Source: Leptogorgia sarmentosa (taxonomy: Eukaryota). Taken from it: a stretch of DNA of 64,000 nucleotides. The notes beneath the pieces were generated by a model. The model searched no databases and was not told where the DNA came from. It saw only the letters and a list, made by a program, of their open reading frames with translations. The stretch lies in assembly GCA_964658305.1 (NCBI GenBank), contig OZ210885.1:9672001-9736000 (forward strand), in the 5' to 3' direction. The position numbers were made by a program, and so were the translations under genes. How positions within the stretch are numbered: the first letter of the stretch is position 1; each line of letters opens with the position of its first letter. Below, in pieces: positions 39,801 to 47,230 of this stretch.

Positions 39801-41444
39801 GCTGAAAATTTGCACTCGCTCGCATTTGAAACATGTCTTATATTAATTTGAACTGCGTCTTCCTACTTATTCAACGACTGTTAAATGAAACATCAAAATT
39901 AAAGTTCCTCAAACCTTTGTGTCGGCGTTCAAATTGAAGTTTTTCATACAACGGCAAAGTTCAGCCACACTTTCTGCAATTAGTTTTGCGTGACGACCGT
40001 CAACAAGAATGTCTGGAAATAATGAAAAAAATTTATCTTGAGTATCACAAACACTATAAATATATCCCTGCTAATGCGCGTAGCACGAAGGATACATAAA
40101 AAAGCATGCCTTGCTGTCCATACAAGCTATTTGATAAGCATGGTCTGTTGTCGCTATTAGCAAACGTCAATATGCGGCCAGTGTAGTAGATAGGGGATAA
40201 CAACATCAGCAAGCAGCACATGTCCTACCCACTACCTACAATGCAAACAGGTTGGACGTTTTGAGTAAAGTAGATTTTTTGCATATTAGACAATTTTTAA
40301 AAATTTCGAAATAGTACAATTCAGAGCTACATCGTTAAAGAGCATCCCAAAGTTTGTAAAACTGTAAAGTTTGGTTGAGAAAATGTTGTAAAATGCGAAA
40401 AATATGACCCTGTAATGTTTTCAAATTTTGTATATTTTAGTATTACCCATGAAAAATTTATATCCCTATCGAGAAAAGTCTATCAATTTTGAGTGCCTAA
40501 TACTAAAATGAAAAAAATTGGCATCGATAAATACTGTATATGATTTTGAATACAGTATTAAAGGCATTTAACTTTTGCACTTATGTGAAGATCTATCACT
40601 GTCACCAATTAAACACTAGATTTCTACATAAAGTTTCAAAGTAGCTACACTATCGCAGAATTCCAACGATTGATTGTACTGAGAATTGCATTGAATTGTA
40701 TAATATGGTAATATAGGAATCAAATTGGATAATAATAATAATAAATGAATAATAGAGTTTGAATAAGGGGGTTTTCCTACAGGAAATAAAAAATGATCTG
40801 CGCAAAACATATTTAAAGGAATGATGAGATTCCGGCAATAATGGTAATAATACAGTACCTGTTTTATTCCAGAAATCTAGTTCATCACAAATCCTTTTTT
40901 CGTCAACTGCTGGAAAATTAATTTTTTTCACCAAAGATTCCATTCCTTGAAACGAGTCATTGAACATATGTACTGTCCATTCAGAGATGTTACAATGAGC
41001 CCATGGGTTTCTGATGTCCGACCGAACTTTGTTTGCTTCAGCTGCAGCACCAGAAGATACGAAAGGAGCTGCCTTGCCGATAATAGTCAAAAGTGCTGAC
41101 ATATCCATGGTTTCATCAAATCCAGTGAAATGTGCCATAAAGTCCGTGACGAATAGTTTCGCCAACGAGACAGGATCTTTAACAGCATAATCATAAGCTG
41201 ATATAGTAGGCTTGTGGATAATGTTGTTGTTAATGTTTTGATATTGTAGGTTATGGGTGGAAGGGGGTAATTTCTTCCTTCTGCATGCTGCGAAATCTTG
41301 CTTGTGAATTTCATCAGGTGGTTGGCATAAAGAATGATACCATTTCCCAAATTCAGTGGCGACAACTTTCCTTAATGCAGGTGCAAGAACTTTGGTAAAG
41401 GCAATGCCAACTAAAACCCAATGTTGTTCTTCCTCTGATATCAT
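3243..41444 (-). CDS. Apaf-1-like STAND protein: HEPN-like (DZIP3/CXorf38-type) - coiled coil - NB-ARC - WD40 repeats; 14 exons in window, 3' end not found
   Basis: Exons with GT-AG boundaries and matching phases: 41444-40859, 40012-39915, 38356-37975, 37074-36737, 36460-35818, 34835-34425, 32013-31768, 28814-28596, 26287-26078, 23666-23423, 21905-21667, 18952-18846, 6038-5630, 3859-3243. Total 4749 nt (1583 codons) with no stop. Motifs: Walker A GMGGLGKT, Walker B CLVILDDVW, LLITTR, CGDLPLAL, LHD, many GH...WD-type repeats. Confidence 0.88.
5630..6038 (-). CDS. Exon 13: WD40 repeats
   Basis: VWNLSDG...VRFSSDRLQVVIGCKDNHVFIWDW; acceptor TTTTTTAAG. Confidence 0.85.
6294..6862. mobile_element. 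Two copies of a palindromic non-autonomous element (Crypton-like), one inverted inside the other
   Basis: 6294-6361 is the reverse complement of ~6589-6657, and ~6358-6587 is the reverse complement of ~6659-6862; AACAATT termini and a GGGCGAAGCCC hairpin loop. Confidence 0.65.
8281..11097 (-). CDS. LINE ORF2: apurinic endonuclease plus reverse transcriptase
   Basis: APE motifs LNETRL, GDLNANM, SDH; RT motifs NYRPISIL, QFGFR, DLQKAFD, GIPQGSILGPLLF, FADD. Frame stays open upstream to the ORF1 stop at 11170. Confidence 0.97.
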   Translation of the reverse strand: MGMLNITSLPKHIDEIRVILADECLDILALNETRLDNTINNQVMCISNYDLIRIDRSRTGGGVCLFVKTSLNYLERKDLTRDNLEAVCVEIRKPSTAPFIVGTIYRPPSASVDSFAAIEQLVQTIDDENKEFYILGDLNANMLDTSNNATKNLNSIMELYQLSQTINTPTRVTTTSSSLLDVCLTPTPTRLITSQVIPIAISDHYMIFVVRKINIQRKQNSHKKVEIRNLKYFNAESFQADLRGQEWELLDSNLCVDEMWNTWKTLFLNILDWHAPIREKRVQSKPNVPWLTSTIKKQIRERDRLKSLAIRHKSDNYWNAYKTLRNRVTDALRETKAAYYKGEFEKVKHDPKKAWKTVNKILNRKQESREINCLETQRGQISHPAELAECFNNYFTNIGPDIAKNIDSGDRNFKDYITTTSSSFNFQTVSESNVYRLLLSLNPRKSTGIDKIPAKIIRIAAPVVTNSLTKIFNMAITSATVPSEWKIARVTPIFKNGPRNQLNNYRPISILPVVSKLFEKVLCEQLQEYLDTQELLSPRQFGFRKFHSTASALLDSTNEWFINMDRGLFNIALFLDLQKAFDTINHDILLAKLNLYGLQKPSLNLLESYLTNRTQMCSVNGALSGTKLVTCGIPQGSILGPLLFLIYVNDLPNSLEYSSTRMFADDTALTVSGKSIQDVEVAINHDLTNVKQWLSANRLSLNLVKTEYLLIGSRYNINNLLSAPNVFVGDTPIKRVKETKALGVHIDEFLSWDKHIDKIAKKISSGIGAIRKLKSCVDHNTLICAYNALILPHLDYCCEVWDTIGATLSDRLQKLQNRAARVITGRKNEHGQSELALDELKWKPLNERRAHFVASLMYKITHELAPKRLIDLFQGTPSSYYYNMRGSSTKLFLPKPKTEYLKKSLSYRGAKLWNSLPDEARNKFSLASFNSYIRHLAN
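11170..12954 (-). CDS. LINE ORF1: coiled coil plus SGNH-type esterase domain
   Basis: IAGDSIL, VKSFSG, HVGTND, GGLHLN; NRF motif; internal ~42-aa tandem duplication. ATG 12954 preferred because the GTG at 13023 lies in the host TIR. Confidence 0.9.
   Translation of the reverse strand: MTSVKNILYGNFRLAKNKLKWSGALEDLKALVLMEIDEDTAENTNWRSPSGGTWKFESVLLAVTWQTKSMNISFEGEKGKDLTERVISYLKEESVKEHNSIASAQSVTKDGGDITTTEGETSAQVVYNELSTEEESAKEHNSIALAQSVTKDDGGDTTTIECETSAQVVCNELPTEVSEIKLKLNQHIVETKAELQQIKENFADQLDQLKELNLNGGTKVTEYCLTSLAHDNATLRHENTQLRRDNDELRERFNNCSYIVSDLNTKIKNIEDEKLSLVTALKLLQEDSKSVSLNNRDAIHNTWHTPGHKARANVHNTSANHACQTKTARSADMIAQEQVIKTPNRFSLLSTDHDSDKDLEANDEADLTESSTSTIRQRNSNSDPNKHDKQRNKESQSTRTSAEIPKDKAKTNNRKNTTNANSNDHKSGKLVFIAGDSILQHVHGWNLSNDDQRVSVKSFSGSKVEDMQDYIKPLLRKKPDEIILHVGTNDIKDNSKTAEVVAAGILNLGTQVKESLPRTNVCISGIITRKDKSNIQEKINTVNDILKRVSDLNKWTYIDNTNLDYTCLNRGGLHLNRKGSSSLTRNYSNHLSRN
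13229..13309 (-). other. tRNA-like sequence with Pol III A and B boxes inside the outer TIR element
   Basis: Minus strand: TAGCTCAAGTGGTAAAAC (A box) ... AGTTCAAGCCCC (B-box-like) ... T-run; no convincing anticodon arm. Confidence 0.5.
13784..14362 (-). CDS. C2H2 zinc finger plus acidic linker plus helical domain (192 aa), left-TIR copy
   Basis: CKFCGKAFNRRFNLRRHENMYC; C-terminal NDPVHKKIMQTK...EEAIQAAVDKRKFLI, which from memory resembles small ORFs of invertebrate Polintons. Confidence 0.75.
   Translation of the reverse strand: MSCKFCGKAFNRRFNLRRHENMYCPLKDQESEMSETDSQTTESEGDFSTASTHSSESPVTTDDETEEEENDPWMPMVEETMQKYKTAFKEMKTNLIHSGLDEQSAGQKAYSEFLPKLQNELESIYMNRLSWMKQLKNDPVHKKIMQTKDAFVNDDNFDPEEAIQAAVDKRKFLIKNLLKDYIFTEDSDDEDH
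14937..15271 (+). CDS. Small zinc-finger and coiled-coil protein in the unique core of the Polinton-like element
   Basis: ATG at 14937: MSRTRRNCPVFGCGSTNLARLANHLAQIH (C-x4-C...H-x4-H) followed by a charged helix. Confidence 0.6.
15546..16124 (+). pseudogene. Right-TIR copy of the zinc-finger gene with a nonsense codon at position 3
   Basis: ATG AGC TGA versus ATG AGC TGC in the left copy; open from ATG 15609 to 16124, which omits most of the zinc finger. Confidence 0.8.
17846..17998. mobile_element. Inverted pair of Penelope-like terminal fragments
   Basis: 17846-17908 is an imperfect reverse complement of 17932-17998; contains CTGACGA-GGGCCC...GAAACG, resembling a minimal hammerhead core. 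Related fragments near 17190-17260 and 19130-19250. Confidence 0.5.
18846..18952 (-). CDS. Exon 12: WD40 repeat (not in ORF track)
   Basis: GDLEWAKHVAVSADDQYVVSLSKDGNILFSMKSSIK joins exon 13 to give IK|VWNL; the donor GTGTAG is weak. Confidence 0.7.
21667..21905 (-). CDS. Exon 11: WD40 repeats
   Basis: VLTASWDGSIRVWNL...SSSEDGTFKLWNF; phase 2 to phase 1. Confidence 0.9.
22156..22240 (-). mobile_element. 5'-truncated L2/CR1-type 3' tail
   Basis: Minus strand: TAGGG...CCCTA stem-loop, AATAAA, (TATC)n tail; same layout as the LINE end at 8019-8100. Confidence 0.45.
23423..23666 (-). CDS. Exon 10: WD40 repeats
   Basis: LVSASDDGTIKIWDL...LKGHESDVTSVAVS; donor AG|GTGAGT. Confidence 0.9.
26078..26287 (-). 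CDS. Exon 9: WD40 repeats
   Basis: FIATVGYGDKTIKLWK...LVGHTDWVRCV; phase 1 to phase 1. Confidence 0.88.
28596..28814 (-). CDS. Exon 8: WD40 repeats
   Basis: LQGHSDVVSCLAVSQSGTILASGSWDESTILWR; donor GATG|GTAAG. Confidence 0.9.
31768..32013 (-). CDS. Exon 7: end of helical domain and first WD40 repeat
   Basis: Splicing to exon 6 gives QLLGRLL; LVICGLDNGSITIFDLDTG. Confidence 0.85.
32140..34137. mobile_element. Non-autonomous Tc1/mariner-type element (~2 kb) in intron 6
   Basis: CAGGGTGTATAAAAAAAAA ... TTTTTTTTATACACCCTG with TA on both flanks. Confidence 0.8.
32307..32746. mobile_element. Nested palindromic MITE
   Basis: Near-perfect inverted arms of about 165 bp, TA flanks, located inside the 32140-34137 element. 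Confidence 0.75.
34425..34835 (-). CDS. Exon 6: LHD motif and helical domain
   Basis: SYRLHDLLLGFAR...YYFKYLTYHL...LFFNFNWLYEKV; acceptor TTTTCAG, donor TTAG|GTAATT. Confidence 0.9.
35818..36460 (-). CDS. Exon 5: NB-ARC Walker B, sensor 1, GxP, winged helix
   Basis: CLVILDDVW, LLITTRNSEV, CGDLPLALSLVG, FALFPED; acceptor TTGCAG, donor AAAG|GTAAAT. Confidence 0.92.
36737..37074 (-). CDS. Exon 4: NB-ARC start with Walker A
   Basis: LPRDMVERPSEV...VVGIRGMGGLGKTILA; acceptor TGTTAG, donor ACG|GTATGT. Confidence 0.9.
37975..38356 (-). CDS. Exon 3: coiled coil of HSKELEQ heptads
   Basis: TGCAG|ATG acceptor, AAAG|GTATC donor; 21-nt tandem units encoding heptads. Confidence 0.8.
38598..38716 (+). 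repeat. Inverted 119-bp copy of the exon 5 3' end and its splice donor
   Basis: Reverse complement of 35786-35904 with a few substitutions; also visible as the matching ORFs at 35698 (+) and 38463 (-). Confidence 0.9.
39035..39161. mobile_element. Short Harbinger-like MITE remnant
   Basis: AGGCC...GGCCT ends with internal inverted arms GACGTCG..TGTGCCAA / TTGGCACA..CGACGTC. Confidence 0.45.
39915..40012 (-). CDS. Exon 2 (98 nt, not in ORF track)
   Basis: Acceptor TTTTTTTCATTATTTCCAG, reads DILVDGRHAKLIAESVAELCRCMKNFNLNADTK, donor AAG|GTTTGA; bridges phase 1 to phase 0 exactly. Confidence 0.7.
40859..41444 (-). CDS. Exon 1: N-terminal HEPN-like domain
   Basis: ATG at 41444 (MISEEEQHWVLVGIAF...); DPVSLAKLF...DMSALLTII...RSDIRNPWAH with R-x4-H at 41012-40995; donor AG|GTAC at 40858, phase 1. 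Confidence 0.8.
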
Positions 41445-41689
41445 TATCGTTCTATGAAGTAAACATAAAATAATGGTGATACAATTTTAGCTACCAAAGC
41501 ACAAAGCTTTTGTAAATAGTACAGACATAATTACTTTCTGACGTTTTAATGTTTTACAAATTTGTGAAAGTAGAAGTTTCTTTGAAAAGACTGGTATGTC
41601 CTTTGAAAATACTGTATGAGTAACCCAGTTTTGAAAAATCAGACAAGCAAGATTTATTGAATTTGTAAAGCGACATATGTATATTTATA

Positions 41690-42167
41690 CTCAGTATAAA
41701 TTTTGAAGTGACTATAACATTTCCTGCAATCTGATTGGTTAAAATTTGCTGTCTCTGGTGTTATAGTCACCGGGCAGTGACTATAAAGATTTTCATAATT
41801 AAAATTCAAAATGGCCGCTCGGTTTGCTGAAGTTTCGCAGGAGGAAATTGACGAAATTAAACAAGAAAGCATCCCCAAGAAAGTTAAACAAACGACAAAA
41901 TATGGTTTAAAAATCTTTCAAAGTAAAATATTTTATTTATTGTTATTTTTTTGCAACAAAACTGGCTTTTTTCACTAGCAAAGTGGTGATATGAGCGTGA
42001 ATTATTTTATGTAAACAAACTATAAGCAGAGTAAACAAAACTTGAGTTTCTACTTAAAAGACAGTTTGAATCAAATCAGTTTGACCTGGGAATTTATACT
42101 AAAACAATTACGCCGAGGTGACTATGAGCTTGTGATCACCGAAGCCTGAGGCGACTAATTGTTAAAT
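41690..42167 (+). mobile_element. Non-autonomous Crypton-like element retaining the 5' start of a DUF3504-type recombinase
   Basis: ATG 41811: MAARFAEVSQEEIDEIKQESIPKKVKQTTKYGLKIFQ, resembling Crypton/KCTD1/ZMYM-type N-termini; CTGATTGG near the 5' end; terminal hairpin ending AATTGTTAAATA. Confidence 0.65.
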
Positions 42168-42474
42168 AGCCTACTGATATAGGGAATAATGAATTTAATT
42201 AACGTCGCACTTTTGCACTGTGCACTGTGTGCAACTACAGTGCGGCAGTTAATCGAGGATAATAGAGAACTCAAGCTGGGGGCGTTTTTAACAACACGGT
42301 TGTCAAGGTGACGATGATGTGAAGGAAATTAATATTCTATTCTGATTATTCTATTCTATTAATATTCTATTCTAGGTTTTTGGGCAATAAAAATTGCGAG
42401 CATTTACAGTACTTCCATGCTATCAGTCAAATATTCTTAATCTTCCAATAATTGAATAGCCAATTGTGATGGTA

Positions 42475-45400
42475 CACACTACCAGTAATGAAGTTTGCTT
42501 TCGTATGAATTTAAAGGCCTCGTCTAAATCTAATCATAATTAAGAGCAGGAAATTTGCGATACAGACTGTAAGTTGTCAAATTACAATGCAATTAAGGTC
42601 CGTCTGCGTGTTGCTTGGCTCTCTGGTCATTGCATGTTCAAGTCTGAATAAGCTCTGTTCAATTTAGGATTTTCAGTAAATCGTGCCACGTAGCGCTGTA
42701 TGTCTAATGCACGACATGCCAATGACTGAACATTCGCCGGAGTCATACGTCTCCATGATATAATAACCCCAAGAATACACTGGAGATAGTAATGAAAAGC
42801 TTTTTATAGCATTCAATAAATATAATTAATGATTCATGATCCCGACCTTTTCAGATCAAAACGTTTGAAATGATATCTAGTTTTAGGAGTATCTTGTCTG
42901 AAAAATTTAAGTGTACAACATACAAACAACCGCTCTTGCTTGACGAATTGCTTAAACTAAGTGGTGTGTGAGGTGTTTATATGTGTTCACGAAATCACAA
43001 AATAAAGCAAGACATCGACATACTTCAAGTTCACGTTTATTTGGCATTTTGTTGCAGACGCATGATATCGTGCTTTGAAAGGGAATTTGCAATGTGACAT
43101 TTTACAACGTTACTCTGCAAACTGGAAATAATTTCGAAACATTTTCGTAATATCACCGATCGAGTGTTAAAATGTTTTGAAAGAAAAAGCGATTCTGTAT
43201 TCATTTTGTGTCACATAACTCAACGCCGTCATATCTCGCGAACGTTCGAGCAATTCTGTTTGCGGGTTTCACTTGAATGGTGCTGGGTCGAAGAACAATA
43301 TAACTCAGCAAGACAGTCATATGTGACATTTTACGTGGGAACAGAGAGCCGCAATGATTAGATTAGCGTCAGCAATAATTATAAATACAGGGTGTCTCAA
43401 AAAAAAGGTAATCCAACTTTGCCATGCCATTGTGCGTTAATTACTGGGTGTACGAACGTGATTTTTGCATGGTCATAAAGATCAAGGTCTTAGCAGTTGT
43501 TGTACGATATGGAAGAAAATCAGGCAAATGCGAGCGTGTTGAAAAATCTCGGTGAAAAACGCATTCTTTCACCTCTGAGAAATGCAGCTAAACTGATTCA
43601 AAATTAACTCCCTCTGGGACTCGAAGATGACATCCTTCCCTTCAACAATCGACCTGAGTATGCATAATTATTAATAATCCTGATAAAATCTTTGTTACCA
43701 TGACACATTCGTGATGAATTGCATTTTTCTTTTGTTATGCACTGCTTTAATTAGGCACAGAGGTGAAAGAATGCGTTTTTCACCGAGATTTTTCAACACG
43801 CTCGCATTTGCTTGATTTTCTTCCATATCGTACAAGAAATATGTCATTCAACTGCTAAGACCTTGATCTTTATGACCATGCAAAAATCACGTTCGTACAC
43901 CCAGTAATTAACGCACAATGGCATCCAAAGTTCGATTACCTTTTTTTTTGAGATACCCTGTATAACTGATAGCACAATTTACATGGTTTTTTTCTCGACA
44001 GCAGCGCTTATGTCAAGCTAAAGTTTATGCAAATTAGGGTAAATCTTTTTAATTAAATACAATATGAAACTGCACTATGGTCGTTGTGAAACATCCAAGA
44101 TCGTTTAGGTCACCATGACATTGTCAACATACATTTGCATCTGGAATATTTTATGTTTCAACTCTGATTCTAATAAAGCAATGAAATACTTGCTTTCTAT
44201 GAGATGACAGTTGATCAGTACTATAAAAACCATGCGCAGATGCGACTTTTCGAACAAAGGCTCTTCGTCGAGTAAAATACAATCCTTGTTGAGTGGATCT
44301 TCCGCTGCACTTGATGCTATTATTCGTCAGACTAAACCTAGGTTAAACGATGAACTCCAACAAAAGGCGTTCGCTCCAAATATTTAAACTTATTAATTGC
44401 ATCGTTTAGGTAGTGAGCAAAACCCTTTCTGGTGTTTGCTGTTGTGATCCGCTACCTGCACTGGCGCGCCGCATATTGAATATTTCCTTACACACTACTC
44501 GGTAAAAATAATTCAGTGACAATAAATTTGATGAATTCTACTGACCACAAGACATTCTGTGTATAAACTACATGAAGCTGAAGCAAGTTGCTGTTTAAGC
44601 TTCGGGAATATTGTTGCAAAGTGCAAAGTAATGCATGTTGGGTTTCATGCAACAAAACAGTACATTGAAATGATTTCTGTCACAATAATAAGACGTCTGA
44701 ACGACCAATACAAGCTTACCCTATGACGTAAAATACCAAAATGTTTTTCGCCTGAGATGAGTTCGTAGCTTTACACCAGGGCACAATGCAACTCAACTTA
44801 TTTTTAATCCGTCATGAATTTAAAATCATCCGGTTTTATTTTCCCTCTTCTTAGGAAATATAATTATCATATGAATGAAAAATTAAAGACAGTTCGTATA
44901 CTAAATTTCGCAAAGATTTTGGCAGTTAAATACCCATCACAGCGAAGTACATGTTACAGTGATTTTCAAACATAAGTCATGTGGGAAAGAGTTTGGTAGA
45001 TATACACGTGACAATTTTAAAACTAAAGCACATATATCTTACATTCCTTTAAACAACCCCATAGTTCGTTTACTTGCATGCTGTCAGTCAATTTAATCTG
45101 AGTCTTTGTTTTATGTTAGACGCAATCTATCTACTTTTACCGATACTGAAATGTTGCCAATCATATACTATAGTTTTTTTATGAAACTTGTAAACAAACT
45201 TGCGTGAGGCAAACACTGCTAGTATTGAAGTTTGCTTTCCTTAGTTTGCTTTGAAGACTTCGTCGCAACCTAATTAGTCAAGAACAGTAAATTTTCTAAC
45301 AGCGCTACAGACTGAGCGTTGCTAAGTTGCAGTTATATCGCTGAAAACCTGAGAGCAATAAAGGTCCACCTGTTGTTTGGTCCCTGGTTATTGCATGCTC

Positions 45401-46198
45401 AAGTCTGTATTGAATAAGCCCGAAGTGAGGATGGAGGCTGCTTTGTTTGGCAATGCTCAATTCAATTTAGGATTTTCAACAAATCGTGCCAAGTAGCGCT
45501 GTATGCATGACATGTCAGCGATTGAACACGCATCAGTCACATGTATGTTCACGATGGTATAACCACCCAAGAATCAGTACAGATAGTAAGGAAAAGCTTT
45601 AAAGCATTTAATAAATAATGATTTATGACCCCAGCTTTTATTAAAAGATCCAAATCTTTTCTAGTTTTATCAGTATCTTGTCTGAATAAATCAAGTTTAA
45701 TTTACAAACATGTACAAGCGCTCTTGCATGACAAATATCTTAGATAAACTAAGTGGTGATATGAGGAGTTTATGTGCAATACAAGGCTCACAAGATCACA
45801 GATAATTAAAAGTAAGAGCGACATAGAACACCCTCACATAACCTGAAACGATATTACACGAATGGTAGAAGCGTAAAGGCATGTTTGTTTGTCATTGTGT
45901 TGCAACGTCATCAGATGGATATTGTGCTTTGAAAAGAAATTTGTTATATGGGATTTTGTAACGTTGTTGTGCCAACTGGAAATAGTTTCAAAACTTTTAT
46001 TATAGTACTCACCAAATGTTAAATTCGCAAAGATGTTAAAAGGACAAAAGCTTCTGTATTAAACTTCTACGACGTAAATAAATGTCGTCACATATTGAGA
46101 ACGTTCCAGCTTTTGTGTTTGTGGGTTTCACTTGAATGGTGCTGGGTCAAAGAATAATATAAGTCATATGTCACGAGTTGCGTGGGAGCAAGGAGCAG
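42475..46198. repeat. Diverged direct duplication (~42475-43350 and ~45213-46198)
   Basis: Collinear shared blocks, e.g. GAAGTTTGCTTTC, TTCAATTTAGGATTTTCA, GTAGCGCTGTATG, AGTATCTTGTCTGAA, GGGTTTCACTTGAATGGTGCTGGGTC. Confidence 0.8.
43388..43960. mobile_element. Tc1/mariner-type MITE, copy 2
   Basis: Near-identical to 614-1199, TA flanks, small deletion in the left arm. Confidence 0.9.
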
Positions 46199-46761
46199 CA
46201 TGTACTTACCATGCATCAGACATTGAATATGAGTGCGAATTAAAATCGACTCAGACTTGTATAGGGTGCCGGTTCCAAAAAAGTTTTCTTTATAGAAATC
46301 ACTCTTTTGTTGTTAATCTCGGGTTATAAATTCACTATAAGTTTAAATTCACTTCTGGCGAACAGCATCATAAATTCGTGTTGTTTAGCCTCATTTGCAC
46401 CAACAAGATTTATTTGGCAAGTTCCACTTTAACAATTTTTTCCTTCATTTATAGTTTTTAATGGACGTGAAACTGCAGAGACCTGTCCAAAGTTAACACA
46501 ACAAAGGTTGGATACAGACATAAAGAGCAGACCATCATGTGTTTGCTAAAGCTGCAATAACAACTCAACTGATCATACGTCAAGTATGGCGTAGCGTTCG
46601 CAGTAATTGCAACTGTCATTCAATAGAAACCTATCACAAAGTCATGGCTAGCTGCTCTATATAGAATTGTAAGGTTGAAAATAAAATTGTAATCAGCAGG
46701 AACCAAACCAGAGTTATTGTGGTAAATATCAAGTGAAGCAATAATAATTTTAATACACATT

Positions 46762-47212
46762 GTTATATAGTTGGTGTCAAAGTTCAATTTTCCTGTTTGC
46801 TGATTGGACAAAACCGTATCACGTGCCGGTCCACAAAACGTCATGTTCGCCAACCGGTCAAAAATCAAAAAATTATTGACCGGGCAACAATTAAATGGGC
46901 ACAATGCGCATGCGCGTCAACCGTGAAGTCCAAAGTTCATTCAATCGTACGATGTTTTGAAATTTAGTAAAATGTCGACTGCTGTCACTGTTTTTTGTTT
47001 TCAAAGTTCACTCCAGTATTAAACCGGTGAATTCATTCATATTTTGACACTAAACTATATAACAAAACACTTATTTACTGAAACCTCGAGAAACATTGTG
47101 TTTTGTGGCCCCTCGACCGCCATTGTTGCCCTCGGCTTCGCCTCGGGCAACAACGGCGGTCTCGGGGCCACAAAACACAATGTTTCCCTCGGTCTCAGTA
47201 AATAAGTGATAA
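46762..47212. mobile_element. Crypton-like palindromic non-autonomous element
   Basis: CTGATTGG near the 5' end; ~140-bp terminal hairpin 47070-47208 centred on GGCTTCGCC. Confidence 0.55.
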
Positions 47213-47230
47213 TTAATACACAGGCAGAAA

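Noticed and set aside
3243..41444. Naming the gene APAF1 or DZIP3
   Set aside because: It has no CARD and no RING domain; similarity is at domain level only and orthology cannot be shown without a phylogeny.
43081..43090. NF-kB-like site GGGAATTTGC upstream of the immune-like gene
   Set aside because: Single imperfect match, not conserved in the duplicated copy, and expected by chance.
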